The notes under the pieces are model-generated. The model was not told where the DNA came from and ran no database searches. It saw only the letters and a program-made list of their open reading frames with translations. A DNA stretch of 64,000 nt from an uncultured Candidatus Saccharibacteria bacterium. Lineage in GTDB: Bacteria > Patescibacteriota > Minisyncoccia > Ryanbacterales > GWA2-47-10b. Below are positions 47,231-56,908 of the stretch, piece after piece; the stretch's first letter is position 1; each line of letters opens with the position of its first letter. The position numbers and the translations under genes were made by a program. The stretch covers positions 215,011 to 279,010 of the forward strand of contig CAYHJF010000001.1 in assembly GCA_964356915.1 (NCBI GenBank). Reading direction: 5' to 3'.

Positions 47231-49426
47231 ATGAATAAGGCCTTACTTGTAGGTGGTGCGATTCTCGGAATTGGCGTGATCACTCTCGGCATGTGGCTCT
47301 CGATATCTTTTAATGTTGCCGATCTGCAGACTCCGCCATCGTTACTCGTTTATACGAAAACTTCTTCAACGTCGAAATTAGTTAAATATAGATTTGCCGC
47401 CACGTACACAGGAGAGGCGAGTACGGTTGGCGAGTTTCGGGTTACAAAGAAGGATGATGGTCCAGAGCTTCCATGGACAGCAACGGTAGATGTTCCATGG
47501 CTTGAGATTCTTCCTGATGCAGGAATGACACCTTCAATTTTTAGAGTGACTTTCAATCGTGCAGAGCTTGCGCAAGGCTCTCAGTATGCAAACATTACCT
47601 TTGCAGTAAATGGTGTAGCACAGCCCCCTTTTCAAATTCAAGTAGATTGTAATAATGCTACGAATAATGATATCCCATGTGCGGGGTCTGGAGGAACGAC
47701 GACACCCCCGCCGACCGATAATCCTCCTTCAACCTCGGGCTATCAATGTGGTGATGGTATTGATAATGATGGCGACGGAAGAGCGGACTATCGTAGTGGT
47801 ACAACTGACGAAGATGGCGACGGGCGCATTGATTATGGAGATGCCCAGTGCAATAGTTTAAGCGATAATGATGAGGATCATGGAACGCCGTACGTGCAAT
47901 GTTCTGATGGCGTCGACAATGATGAAGATGGTTTGATTGACTTTGGGCCTAATGCCGCAAAGAATGATCCAAATTGTTCGAGCAGAGGAGATGATTCTGA
48001 AAATACTGGAAGCGGAACAACACCTCCACCATCTTCAACTCCAAAACAATGTGGTGACGGGGCTGACAATGATGGAGACGGGTTTGTAGATTATCCAGCA
48101 GATCCTGGATGTACAAGTCTTACTGATTCAAGCGAGTCAAATACGGTTTATCAATGTTCTGACGGGAAGGATAATGATGGAGATGGATTTATAGATTTTC
48201 CAGCCGATCCAGGATGCACGGGTACGGGTGATTCAAGCGAGTCCAATACAGTTAGAGAGTGTTCCGACGGGAAGGATAACGATAGTGATGGGTTAATAGA
48301 TTTCCCTGCAGATTCAGGTTGTACGAGTAAGTCTGATAGCAGCGAGAATAATAATACATCAGGAGGAGGTAAGGTATCTTTGCCGCCACTCCCGCCAATT
48401 CGACCAACATATCAAGATCTTTCTATTAAATTATGGCAAGATGTCGGGTCTTACGTAAAAAGTAAAAACCAAGCATTCAATTGGTATCGCGGGAAAATAG
48501 CATCTCAGACATACCGCGATGCAATGCAACAATCTTTAATTGCTATCTATGCGCCAGAAGCTGTTCGTTACGCGCGTGGAGTGCCACGGTGTGCGAGCGC
48601 TGTTTCCAAGGCTCTGAGCTCTAGTAGTGGAATTTCAGAAGTTATGGAGCGACTCGCGCTTAACTATGAAATTAAAGGTATAAACGGGTCATGGAAAGTT
48701 CCAGAACAAGGACGTCATTATTCTTTTGGACAAATTATTCTTGAAGATATCCAAGAGTGTTCTCTTACCGCTCCTTCGGTATGTGGATCGAGCTCTCTCA
48801 TGAATAAAGATCTTCAAGATCTTCTCAACTTACGAATTGAAAACGGCCAATGTGTTAAAGGTGCTGCATTTACGATTCCACCAAAGTTAGAAGATGAAAA
48901 TAAGGCTCGTGCCAATGATGGTCTGATGACGAAGAAGGCCGTCCTGTCTCCTCTTTCATCTACACAGATGGAATTATTACACGCAACTCATATGGCACAC
49001 GTGGCAGTATCCAACTGGCGCTGTGGTGCGAGTGCTCCTGCAGCAGGGATAGTTACAAGGGCGCATCAAGCATTTGAGGCGACAGCCAAAAACGAAACCG
49101 AACATCACTTCTTCCGCATGAAGGATTTTGCTGGAGCCGTGGATGCTGGATGGTCAGCGGCCGAAGTGTGTGCACTTGGGCGTTTCCAAGATGATGCGCA
49201 TGAGCGTTGGATGAAGGCAGTTGAAGCGCTTGATTGGATTCATGCACGCGCAGCAGATAACGATCATCAGATGGGGCATATCTGTATGGGCGTAAAGGAT
49301 GAACGTGTTACCACGATTCGTCTCTCTACATGTGGGATGGATAAATTCGAATTTTGCCCTCCGCTTAATTCTTGCCAAGAACTTCTCGCCCCGTATCTTC
49401 AGTCGCCAGGTAGCCCAGCTATCTAG
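47231..49426 (+). CDS. Large surface protein with BACON-like domain and Cys/Asp-rich repeats
   Basis: N-terminal TM, LPWTATVDVPWLEI, CxDGxDNDxDG repeats, His/Cys-rich C-terminal domain. Confidence 0.8.
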   Translation: MNKALLVGGAILGIGVITLGMWLSISFNVADLQTPPSLLVYTKTSSTSKLVKYRFAATYTGEASTVGEFRVTKKDDGPELPWTATVDVPWLEILPDAGMTPSIFRVTFNRAELAQGSQYANITFAVNGVAQPPFQIQVDCNNATNNDIPCAGSGGTTTPPPTDNPPSTSGYQCGDGIDNDGDGRADYRSGTTDEDGDGRIDYGDAQCNSLSDNDEDHGTPYVQCSDGVDNDEDGLIDFGPNAAKNDPNCSSRGDDSENTGSGTTPPPSSTPKQCGDGADNDGDGFVDYPADPGCTSLTDSSESNTVYQCSDGKDNDGDGFIDFPADPGCTGTGDSSESNTVRECSDGKDNDSDGLIDFPADSGCTSKSDSSENNNTSGGGKVSLPPLPPIRPTYQDLSIKLWQDVGSYVKSKNQAFNWYRGKIASQTYRDAMQQSLIAIYAPEAVRYARGVPRCASAVSKALSSSSGISEVMERLALNYEIKGINGSWKVPEQGRHYSFGQIILEDIQECSLTAPSVCGSSSLMNKDLQDLLNLRIENGQCVKGAAFTIPPKLEDENKARANDGLMTKKAVLSPLSSTQMELLHATHMAHVAVSNWRCGASAPAAGIVTRAHQAFEATAKNETEHHFFRMKDFAGAVDAGWSAAEVCALGRFQDDAHERWMKAVEALDWIHARAADNDHQMGHICMGVKDERVTTIRLSTCGMDKFEFCPPLNSCQELLAPYLQSPGSPAI
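47744..48345 (+). repeat. Intragenic repeats encoding CxDGxDNDxDGxxD(xPADxGC)
   Basis: Five full copies plus one partial; the last three are tandem at ~35-codon spacing. Confidence 0.85.
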
Positions 49427-49565
49427 TAGTCTCAAGACAAACAAAAATAGAGCCCGAGGGCTCTATTTTTGTTTGTCTGATTGAGCTTTTAGTTTGCGGT
49501 AAGCAAAGCTTAAAGAATCTTGAAAAACTATATTTTTCTGGTACTGTATAGGGACTGTAGGTCAT

Positions 49566-49637
49566 GGTGGCTATGGTGTAGCGGCAACACGACAGGTTGT
49601 GGTCCTGTTATCTCGGGTTCGAATCCCGATAGCCACC
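49566..49637 (+). tRNA. tRNA-His(GTG)
   Basis: ACAGG-TTGTGGT-CCTGT; encoded G-1 opposite C73. Confidence 0.95.
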
Positions 49638-49690
49638 CACAAAACAAAAAGCCACATACGAATATGTGGCTATCTAATACGGATCTTGCA

Positions 49691-49867
49691 TTAACATGAT
49701 CTTTGAAAAGGATTGTGACCAAGAAGTTGCGTTACTCCATCTACATATAATTCCGAAACGTAGTGCTTGAGGTCGGCAAATGTTGCGAAATCAATTGCTT
49801 CGACAACCTCTCTCCACCCAGGATGCGTTGCATCAAGAACCTTCTCAACCAAGTCTTCATCGGCCAT
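49691..49867 (-). CDS. Small acidic orphan protein, 58 aa (absent from ORF track)
   Basis: MADEDLVEKVLDATHPGWREVVEAIDFATFADLKHYVSELYVDGVTQLLGHNPFQRSC; TTGCCA-16-TATACT, AGGAG SD, terminator at 49650-49670. Confidence 0.65.
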   Translation of the reverse strand: MADEDLVEKVLDATHPGWREVVEAIDFATFADLKHYVSELYVDGVTQLLGHNPFQRSC

Positions 49868-50033
49868 AGGTTTTCTCCTACCCGAACTTTCCCTTTTGAG
49901 TATAGAAGAAATTTCTACGATGGCAATTTAAGGGCGTTCTATTTATATAGTCTAGAAATCTAATATATCCAATTAGGATGCGACTTTTTTATTGATTGGC
50001 GCTTAAGAAGATAACGTGTTACGGATAAATAGT

Positions 50034-53000
50034 ATGAATAAGCTGAGGGTTTTTCTAGGAAAAATTTGTGTAGCCCTACTCGTTTTTTTTGCCCCAAGTT
50101 TTGCGCTTGCTGTGGTACCTGCGAATTTTCAAACGACGCAGATTATAGGCTCTGGATTAAGTAATCCAACGGGCTTTGATTTTGCTCCCGATGGGAGAAT
50201 TTTTATACTGCAACATACCGGCGAGGTAAGAATCTATAAGAATGGTGTTTTGCTTCCGCAGCCTTTTATTGTTTTGCCAGTGATTAATACGGGCGATCGA
50301 GGGCTTTTGGGTATTACCTTTGACCCACAATTTTCAACAAATCATTATGTTTATTTTTACTACAATGGTGCCGATTCTTTTAATCATGTAGTTCGGTTTG
50401 ATGCTTCAGGCGATGTCGCGATTGATAGTCCATTGGTGCTCTATTCAACGAATATAGTATCCCAAGATTTGCACATGGGTGGAACGATTGAATTTGGTCC
50501 AGACGGAAAATTATATATAAGTATGGGTGACAATGGGCGTTCTGTGAACGCGCAGGACATGAGTGTACCATTTGGTAAAATTTTGCGACTAAATAAAGAC
50601 GGAACTATTCCATCGGATAATCCATTTATAGGACAGGCGAATAAATTGCCAGAAATTTGGGCGTATGGTTTCCGTAATCCTTTTCGATTTCAGTTTGATA
50701 AGACAAGCGGGAAACTTTACGAGGGTGATGTTGGAGAGGCAACATGGGAAGAAATTAATGTGGTAACAAAGGGGTCTAATTACGGCTGGCCTGTTTGTGA
50801 GGGGGTATGTGGCGTGAGTGGAACGACAAATCCATTATTTGCGTATAACCACAATGGTGGGAGTAGTTCAGTCACTGGTGGGCTCGTATATCGTGGCGCG
50901 ATGTTTCCTAGTAGTTACAACGGGAGATATTTTTACGGAGATTATGCGGTAGGCTTTCTTAAGAATTTAACCTTTGATGCGGGTGGCAGTGTGCTGCAGA
51001 AAAATGATTTTAATCCAGCGGCTGGCAGCGTTGTCGATTTAAAAGAGGCTCCGGACGGGTCACTTTATTATGTCACGATTTTTCCTGGCAGATTGTATCG
51101 AGTGAGCTATTCTACGGGGAATCAAATTCCTATAGCAAATGCAGGTGCTGATATAACGAAAGGTCCAGGTCCGCTTACGGTTCATTTTGTTTCAGCTGGG
51201 ACTACTGATCCCAATGGAGATTTATTAACATATAGTTGGAATTTTGGAGATGGAACAGTCAGTACAAATCCAAATCCAGTGAAAATCTATAATACGAATG
51301 GTACCTACACGGTACTGTTAACGGTGAGTGATGGTACTGATGTAGCGCAAGCCGCCCCACTAATTATTCAAGTTGGGACTCCGCCGACGATTACAATTTC
51401 AGCGCCCGCTAATGCTGCAACATATCGGGCAGGAGATCAGATTCACTATGAGGCGACTGCAACAGATTCATCAGGGAATCCAATCGGTGGCAACAAGCTT
51501 TCAACGACAGTTTTTTTTCATCATCAGACACACATCCATCCATTTTTAGGGCCACTTGGTGGGGCGAATGGTAATTTTAATACGCCAACATCAGGCGAAG
51601 AGTCTGCTGATACATGGTTTGAGATTCAAGTGAGTGCCACTGACGACAATGGGCTAGTTTCAACTAAATCAACGTTTGTATATCCTCAAAAAGTAAATTT
51701 AACGTTTAGTACAAATGTTCCCGGTCTTAAAATCTTATTGGATGGGCAGACGACAATTTTGCCGAAGATCATTCAAGGGGTTGTTGGATTTATTCGTCAG
51801 TTGAATGTTGTCCCGAACCAAGTTCTTGGTACACAAGGGTATTTATTTGATCGATGGTCAGATGACGGCGCGAATGCTCATAGTATTACTACGCCAAACG
51901 TTAATACGACATACACGGCAACATTTACGCCGAGTACTCCATATCGCGCAGAATACTATAACAATCAATCGCTTGCTGGCACGCCAACAATCACAAAAAC
52001 TGATACGTTGATTAATTTTGATTGGGATCGATTTTCTCCGGATCCATCAATCGGAGTTGATCATTTTTCCGTACGTTGGTCGAAGACAGAAAATTTTGTC
52101 GGTGGGATCTATCAGGTTACCTCAACTTCAGATGATGGCATCAGAGTGTATCTTGATGGTAGCTTGATTATTGATAAGTGGATTGACCAAGGTCCAACTA
52201 CATACACATCCATTCAAACTATTACTCCCGGAAATCATGATATTAAAGTTGAGTATTATGAAAATGGTGGGGGGGCGAAGGCGTTATTTAGTTATGTGAA
52301 GGTTGGATCAATTGTCGCACCTCCACCTCCTCCAACAGGGCAAGGGCTTAGTGGCGAATATTTTAATAACAAAGATTTTACCGCATCAACATTTACTCGT
52401 GTAGACCCACAAGTTAATTTTAATTGGGATCGATTTTCTCCTGACCCGGCAATTGCGGTTGATACGTTTTCTGTGCGATGGACGGGGCAGGTGCAGCCAA
52501 AATTTACCGAGACATATACTTTTTATACCTCTACGGATGACGGAGTACGACTTTGGGTGAATGGTCAGCTTTTGGTTGATAAATGGATTGATCAAGGGAC
52601 AACGGAATGGAGTGGAAATATCGCGCTGGTAGCGGGTCAAAAATATAATATCACTATGGAATATTATGAAAATGGAGGAGGTGCGGTAGCTCGACTCCTT
52701 TGGTCAAGCCCATCAAATTTAAAGGAAACTATACCACAGTCGCAGTTGTTTTCTACATCTGGAACGTTGCCTCCACCTCCAGTTGATGCGTATCTCGGAC
52801 AATATTGGAATACGCCACAGGCTGGTTCTAAGCCAAACTTTCCTGCTGCGCAGCCAGATTTTACGAGAAACGATAGCAATATAAATTTTGTCTGGAATTC
52901 TGGTTCTCCGGATCCTAGTATTGCCGTTGATCATTTTGTTGCCAGGTGGACGAAGACTTCAGCTTTTGATGCTGCCACATACCGTTTTTCAGTTACGGCT

Positions 53001-53627
53001 GATGATGGAGTACGAGTGTATATTGATAATAGTTTACTCATTGATGGATGGATTGATCAGCCAATGACAACATATAGTGCTGATAAGGCGATGACTGCAG
53101 GAACGCATGCTATTAAAATTGAGTACTATGAGAATGGAGGGGGGGCCATTATGAAATTTAATTACCAAACGATTTCATCGCCTCCACCGCCACCTCCGGC
53201 AACAGGATCAGGACTAACAGGTCAATATTACGATAATATTGATTTTACGGCGCTCGCGCTTACTCAAGTTGATCCGACAGTAAATTTTAATTGGGGGAGT
53301 AATCGCACTCCGAATCCAGCGATTCATCTGGGCACTTTTTCAATTCGTTGGGCTGGACAGGTACAGGCACAAAACTCGGAAGTATATACATTCTATACGG
53401 TTTCCGATGACGGCATACGACTTTGGGTGAATGATCAACTTATTATTGATAAGTGGGTTGATCAAGGAGACACCGAGTGGAGTGGAAGTATTCCTCTGGT
53501 AGCAGGGCAGAAATATACAATAAAGATGGATTACTATCAGAATGGTGGCGGAGCTGTGGCAAAATTGCTCTGGTCAAGTCCATCGACTGCTAAGCAGGTT
53601 ATTCCGAGTCAAAACCTTTTTCCTTAG
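50034..53627 (+). CDS. Secreted PQQ-dependent sugar dehydrogenase-like propeller + PKD + 4x PA14 protein
   Basis: Signal peptide; FAPDGR, FGPDGKLY, GKILR, YGFRNPFR; PKD WNFGDG; four SDDGxR/EYYENGG-type PA14 units with poly-Pro linkers. Confidence 0.9.
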   Translation: MNKLRVFLGKICVALLVFFAPSFALAVVPANFQTTQIIGSGLSNPTGFDFAPDGRIFILQHTGEVRIYKNGVLLPQPFIVLPVINTGDRGLLGITFDPQFSTNHYVYFYYNGADSFNHVVRFDASGDVAIDSPLVLYSTNIVSQDLHMGGTIEFGPDGKLYISMGDNGRSVNAQDMSVPFGKILRLNKDGTIPSDNPFIGQANKLPEIWAYGFRNPFRFQFDKTSGKLYEGDVGEATWEEINVVTKGSNYGWPVCEGVCGVSGTTNPLFAYNHNGGSSSVTGGLVYRGAMFPSSYNGRYFYGDYAVGFLKNLTFDAGGSVLQKNDFNPAAGSVVDLKEAPDGSLYYVTIFPGRLYRVSYSTGNQIPIANAGADITKGPGPLTVHFVSAGTTDPNGDLLTYSWNFGDGTVSTNPNPVKIYNTNGTYTVLLTVSDGTDVAQAAPLIIQVGTPPTITISAPANAATYRAGDQIHYEATATDSSGNPIGGNKLSTTVFFHHQTHIHPFLGPLGGANGNFNTPTSGEESADTWFEIQVSATDDNGLVSTKSTFVYPQKVNLTFSTNVPGLKILLDGQTTILPKIIQGVVGFIRQLNVVPNQVLGTQGYLFDRWSDDGANAHSITTPNVNTTYTATFTPSTPYRAEYYNNQSLAGTPTITKTDTLINFDWDRFSPDPSIGVDHFSVRWSKTENFVGGIYQVTSTSDDGIRVYLDGSLIIDKWIDQGPTTYTSIQTITPGNHDIKVEYYENGGGAKALFSYVKVGSIVAPPPPPTGQGLSGEYFNNKDFTASTFTRVDPQVNFNWDRFSPDPAIAVDTFSVRWTGQVQPKFTETYTFYTSTDDGVRLWVNGQLLVDKWIDQGTTEWSGNIALVAGQKYNITMEYYENGGGAVARLLWSSPSNLKETIPQSQLFSTSGTLPPPPVDAYLGQYWNTPQAGSKPNFPAAQPDFTRNDSNINFVWNSGSPDPSIAVDHFVARWTKTSAFDAATYRFSVTADDGVRVYIDNSLLIDGWIDQPMTTYSADKAMTAGTHAIKIEYYENGGGAIMKFNYQTISSPPPPPPATGSGLTGQYYDNIDFTALALTQVDPTVNFNWGSNRTPNPAIHLGTFSIRWAGQVQAQNSEVYTFYTVSDDGIRLWVNDQLIIDKWVDQGDTEWSGSIPLVAGQKYTIKMDYYQNGGGAVAKLLWSSPSTAKQVIPSQNLFP

Positions 53628-53733
53628 ACTTGCATACGTAGATGAGTATAAAACTGGCAAGTAAACTTGCCAGTTTTTATTATTTTGGTAAGTAGTTCGC
53701 AGAAAGGATGGCTACCTGCTACAGTGTTTTTAT

Positions 53734-54273
53734 ATGAAAACAAATCTCTACACGGTTACTGTTTTGCCGATGACAAAAATGCTTGAAAGTTCTTTAGGTA
53801 TCCTTGATAAAGCAGCCGCGCACGCGGCTTCTAAGCAGCTTGAGTGGCAACCGGCAGGCATGCAAGAGTCGAGTCTTTTGAACAGCCACTTAATTTTTAG
53901 CCAGTTTGGTTTTATTAAGCAAATCCAGGTTGCGTGTGATAATGCAAAGAATGGCGTTGCTCGACTTGCAAAGATGGAGCCTCCAAAGCATGAAGATAAT
54001 GAAAAGACAGTCTTAGAATTGAAGTCGCGCGTTGAAAAAACACTCGCGTTTTTAAAGACAATTAAGCCGGAGAATCTTGATGGGGGCGAAGATGTGATAG
54101 TGACCCTCCTACATCATCCAGGAAAATCTTTGTCGGGCTTTGATTACGCAACACTTTATCTTATGCCAAATTTTTACTTTCATATGACTACAGCCTACGC
54201 GATTCTTCGTAAGAACGGCGTTGATCTTGGGAAGACTGATTACTTGAATAATATTCCGTGGCAAAACGTATAG
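53734..54273 (+). CDS. DUF1993 family protein
   Basis: QIQVACDNAK, LMPNFYFHMTTAYAILRKNGV.LGK.DY. Confidence 0.92.
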   Translation: MKTNLYTVTVLPMTKMLESSLGILDKAAAHAASKQLEWQPAGMQESSLLNSHLIFSQFGFIKQIQVACDNAKNGVARLAKMEPPKHEDNEKTVLELKSRVEKTLAFLKTIKPENLDGGEDVIVTLLHHPGKSLSGFDYATLYLMPNFYFHMTTAYAILRKNGVDLGKTDYLNNIPWQNV

Positions 54274-54359
54274 GTAAATATTTGTAAGAGTAAGTTTATA
54301 AAAACCACCGTATTATGCTGTAGTTTTTATATAAAAAGCCTTTCGTGTGGTGCGAAAGG

Positions 54360-54599
54360 CTATAGGTTTATTTCACGTAATATAGTGGGGGTGTCGTAGT
54401 GTTTCTTGGGGCAATGAGGGTCGAACATTCGTATGGTGCCATCAGACGTCGCGCATATGACAGTACCCGTTTCGATGCATCGCGAGCCTTCATTGGTAAG
54501 AAGAAGGCGGGCGAGCCACTCCAAGTCATCGATAGTATGCCAAACTTTGCATTTCGGGCAGCCTATTTGAAGCTCAGTTTGAGTCTTAGAATCTTCCAC
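54360..54599 (-). CDS. Small Cys-rich orphan protein
   Basis: CPKC plus three more Cys; AGAGGA SD; hairpin GCCTTTCG..CGAAAGGC at the stop. Confidence 0.55.
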   Translation of the reverse strand: MEDSKTQTELQIGCPKCKVWHTIDDLEWLARLLLTNEGSRCIETGTVICATSDGTIRMFDPHCPKKHYDTPTILREINL

Positions 54600-54760
54600 G
54601 GCCTATTCCTCTAAATAGGAGACTATCATCTCCAGTGTGGTTATGTAAAATAGAAGTTTTTATGTAGAAAGCAAATTTTAGAAGGCTCATAGACATCCAA
54701 GTCTTGAGTGTTATAGTGAAAATGCAGTGTATTTATTATAGATATAAACATACAGAGCAT

Positions 54761-55006
54761 ATGTCACTAGAAAATCCACAAGAACCAAGTCAGGAGCAGA
54801 TAGAGGCAACCGCAAGATTTTTGAAAATTGATCCAACTGCTCTTCCAGAAGAGTTTCGAGATGCTTGGAAAAATTTAGACGATTTCAATAGTGCAACAGG
54901 CTATAAGGATGGTGATCCATATGACGGCGCGCCTGCAGGTTTTGACGAGGTAATGTTAAAGATGGGTCTTGATGTTAAGAAAGATAGACGTCAAGAAAAT
55001 AAATAA
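54761..55006 (+). CDS. Hypothetical protein
   Basis: MSLENPQEPSQEQ...; co-oriented with the next ORF. Confidence 0.6.
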   Translation: MSLENPQEPSQEQIEATARFLKIDPTALPEEFRDAWKNLDDFNSATGYKDGDPYDGAPAGFDEVMLKMGLDVKKDRRQENK

Positions 55007-55010
55007 ACAT

Positions 55011-55295
55011 ATGACAGATATGAAATTTGAGGGTGAGCCAACGGAAGAGGCGAGCGATCAGGACACAAAATATAGAGAGCTTATTAAAGCGGCTGCAGAC
55101 TTCGATGCGCTTTACAGGGTTATTCGGGAGATAGGAGTTATACGCGGTAGCGCTAAGGAGTATCCTGCAGAGAAGGTCATTGATGATATAGAGCGGGTAC
55201 GTAAGGATGAGATTGACGAAGGATTTATTACGAGAACATATGGTTTGCGAGAAAAAGTTGAAGAGTTACTCGGCGTTCGATCCGAGACAGTTTAA
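55011..55295 (+). CDS. Hypothetical protein
   Basis: MTDMKFEGEP...FDALY...ITRTYGLREKVEEL. Confidence 0.65.
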   Translation: MTDMKFEGEPTEEASDQDTKYRELIKAAADFDALYRVIREIGVIRGSAKEYPAEKVIDDIERVRKDEIDEGFITRTYGLREKVEELLGVRSETV

Positions 55296-55307
55296 ACTAG
55301 TTAGAAT

Positions 55308-55508
55308 ATGAAAAAATTATATAGAAGTGAGGAGAACGCGGTGTTCGCGGGTATCATCGGCGGGCTCGGAGAATATTTTGAGGTTGATCCTGTGTTGTTA
55401 CGTCTTTTTGCGCTTGCGGCAATCTTTATGACAGGATTTTTCCCCGGTGCTTTGGCATATTTTATCGCTACATTTATTGTGCCTAAAAAAACAAAGAAAG
55501 AGGCATAG
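55308..55508 (+). CDS. PspC domain protein
   Basis: KKLYRSEENAVFAGIIGGLGEYFEVDPVLLR. Confidence 0.93.
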   Translation: MKKLYRSEENAVFAGIIGGLGEYFEVDPVLLRLFALAAIFMTGFFPGALAYFIATFIVPKKTKKEA

Positions 55509-55546
55509 GCGTTATGTAGGGGTATACGATTTTCAAGGTTTTGTAG

Positions 55547-55783
55547 ATGAAAATTTTTCTAAAAATAATTGCTTCTATTTTATTTATCTATGGGAGTTTG
55601 AGCGTACTTACACTCATCTTACTTCTGTACGTCAGAATAATGTGGAGTCTTGATGATGGAGCTTTGAGGGCATCGATTTTCAGAGGAGTCTTGCCGCTCG
55701 TAGAAATTGCAGGCTTGGCCGCAGGTTCTTTTGTAGTGGGGCGATATTTTTGGAAAAAATCAGAGGGGTCAACTCAAGAATAA
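55547..55783 (+). CDS. Small two-TM hypothetical protein
   Basis: Two hydrophobic helices. Confidence 0.55.
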   Translation: MKIFLKIIASILFIYGSLSVLTLILLLYVRIMWSLDDGALRASIFRGVLPLVEIAGLAAGSFVVGRYFWKKSEGSTQE

Positions 55784-55825
55784 TCGCTTTATTCCAAATT
55801 AGGGTAGTTTTGCTATAATTGCCCC

Positions 55826-56389
55826 ATGAATAAGAACAAGAAAACAGGCGCTATTTTAGCTATTGTAGTACTTATTTTTGTTGTTTTTTTTGGATTTTAC
55901 TACAAGAAAAGTAATCTTCCCGCGCCCTCAGAGCAGGTAAACGATCAGCAAAATGAATCTCCTGTTTTAGAAGAATCGACGACAACTTCACCGGTTGTTA
56001 CTCAACCTATAGTTACGAAGCCAAAACCAATTCGTGTAATTTCTCCGAATGGGGGAGAGACATGGGAAAAGCGTAAACAGTATCTCGTGAAGTGGGATAC
56101 AACGTTACCGAAAGAGACAAAGGCGATGAGCGTTTTGATAAAGACAAGTTCTGTTATTTCAGATCCGTATCTTCTCTCGCCAACAAAATTTAAAAGTTAC
56201 GAAATGTTTCTCCCATCCCAGTTTCCTAATGGGTTACCTGGTGAAGGATCTATTACATATGTTGTGCCAGAAACCATTCCTCCAGGTACGTACCAAATGC
56301 TTGTATGGGCTGGAAGTAATTGTACATTTTCGCGACCTATCAAGCGCTGCGAGTTTGATATGAGCGATAAGTTGTTTACGATCAAATAA
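55826..56389 (+). CDS. Membrane-anchored protein with Ser/Thr-rich Ig-like domain
   Basis: N-terminal TM, IRVISPNGGETW, DMSDKLFTI. Confidence 0.75.
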   Translation: MNKNKKTGAILAIVVLIFVVFFGFYYKKSNLPAPSEQVNDQQNESPVLEESTTTSPVVTQPIVTKPKPIRVISPNGGETWEKRKQYLVKWDTTLPKETKAMSVLIKTSSVISDPYLLSPTKFKSYEMFLPSQFPNGLPGEGSITYVVPETIPPGTYQMLVWAGSNCTFSRPIKRCEFDMSDKLFTIK

Positions 56390-56397
56390 TATATACC

Positions 56398-56826
56398 GTG
56401 GACGGCGGACCTTCCAAACAAACTCCTTCGGAGGAAGTGGTAACCGCTGATGCTTTGTGGCGGAAGATTGAGGTTATTGATATGCAGATGGATCTTGAGA
56501 CAGGTCTCAACGGAGATTGTTTTAATGTGTGGGTGCCGATTTATTATGTTGAGAGTCTTGGGCGTCTCGATATGTTGAGACCAGCTCCGCATTATGAGGA
56601 GCGCTTTCGATTAAAAAATGAGTCTTTGATCGCTGATCATATCATGAAGATGAGTGATCCGGGGGCGGTTGTGGCATTTGATCTTTTAGTCGATGAGTAC
56701 AATGCGAATTTAGAGCGAGTTGTGCGCGAAGAGGATTACGAAACACTTCGAGATTTATATCGTCGCGCGAGTTTACTGGTTCGTGGGCAGGAACCCCCAC
56801 AGCGCGCGCATGATCCAGAGGTCTGA
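56398..56826 (+). CDS. Hypothetical protein
   Basis: 142-aa ORF, co-oriented, no recognised motif. Confidence 0.55.
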   Translation: MDGGPSKQTPSEEVVTADALWRKIEVIDMQMDLETGLNGDCFNVWVPIYYVESLGRLDMLRPAPHYEERFRLKNESLIADHIMKMSDPGAVVAFDLLVDEYNANLERVVREEDYETLRDLYRRASLLVRGQEPPQRAHDPEV

Positions 56827-56908
56827 GAATATAGGCTCTTGACGTAAGCTTGATTTTTTGTTAGTCTTTTGATAGAGAGTTTTTTCTACCAAAGGAGGAG
56901 ACGCGACC

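Noticed and set aside
47744-53600. DNA repeats in the two large surface genes as DGR template/variable repeats or CRISPR
   Set aside because: Repeats are in frame and explained by protein domain duplication; differences are not adenine-specific and no reverse transcriptase or cas gene is present
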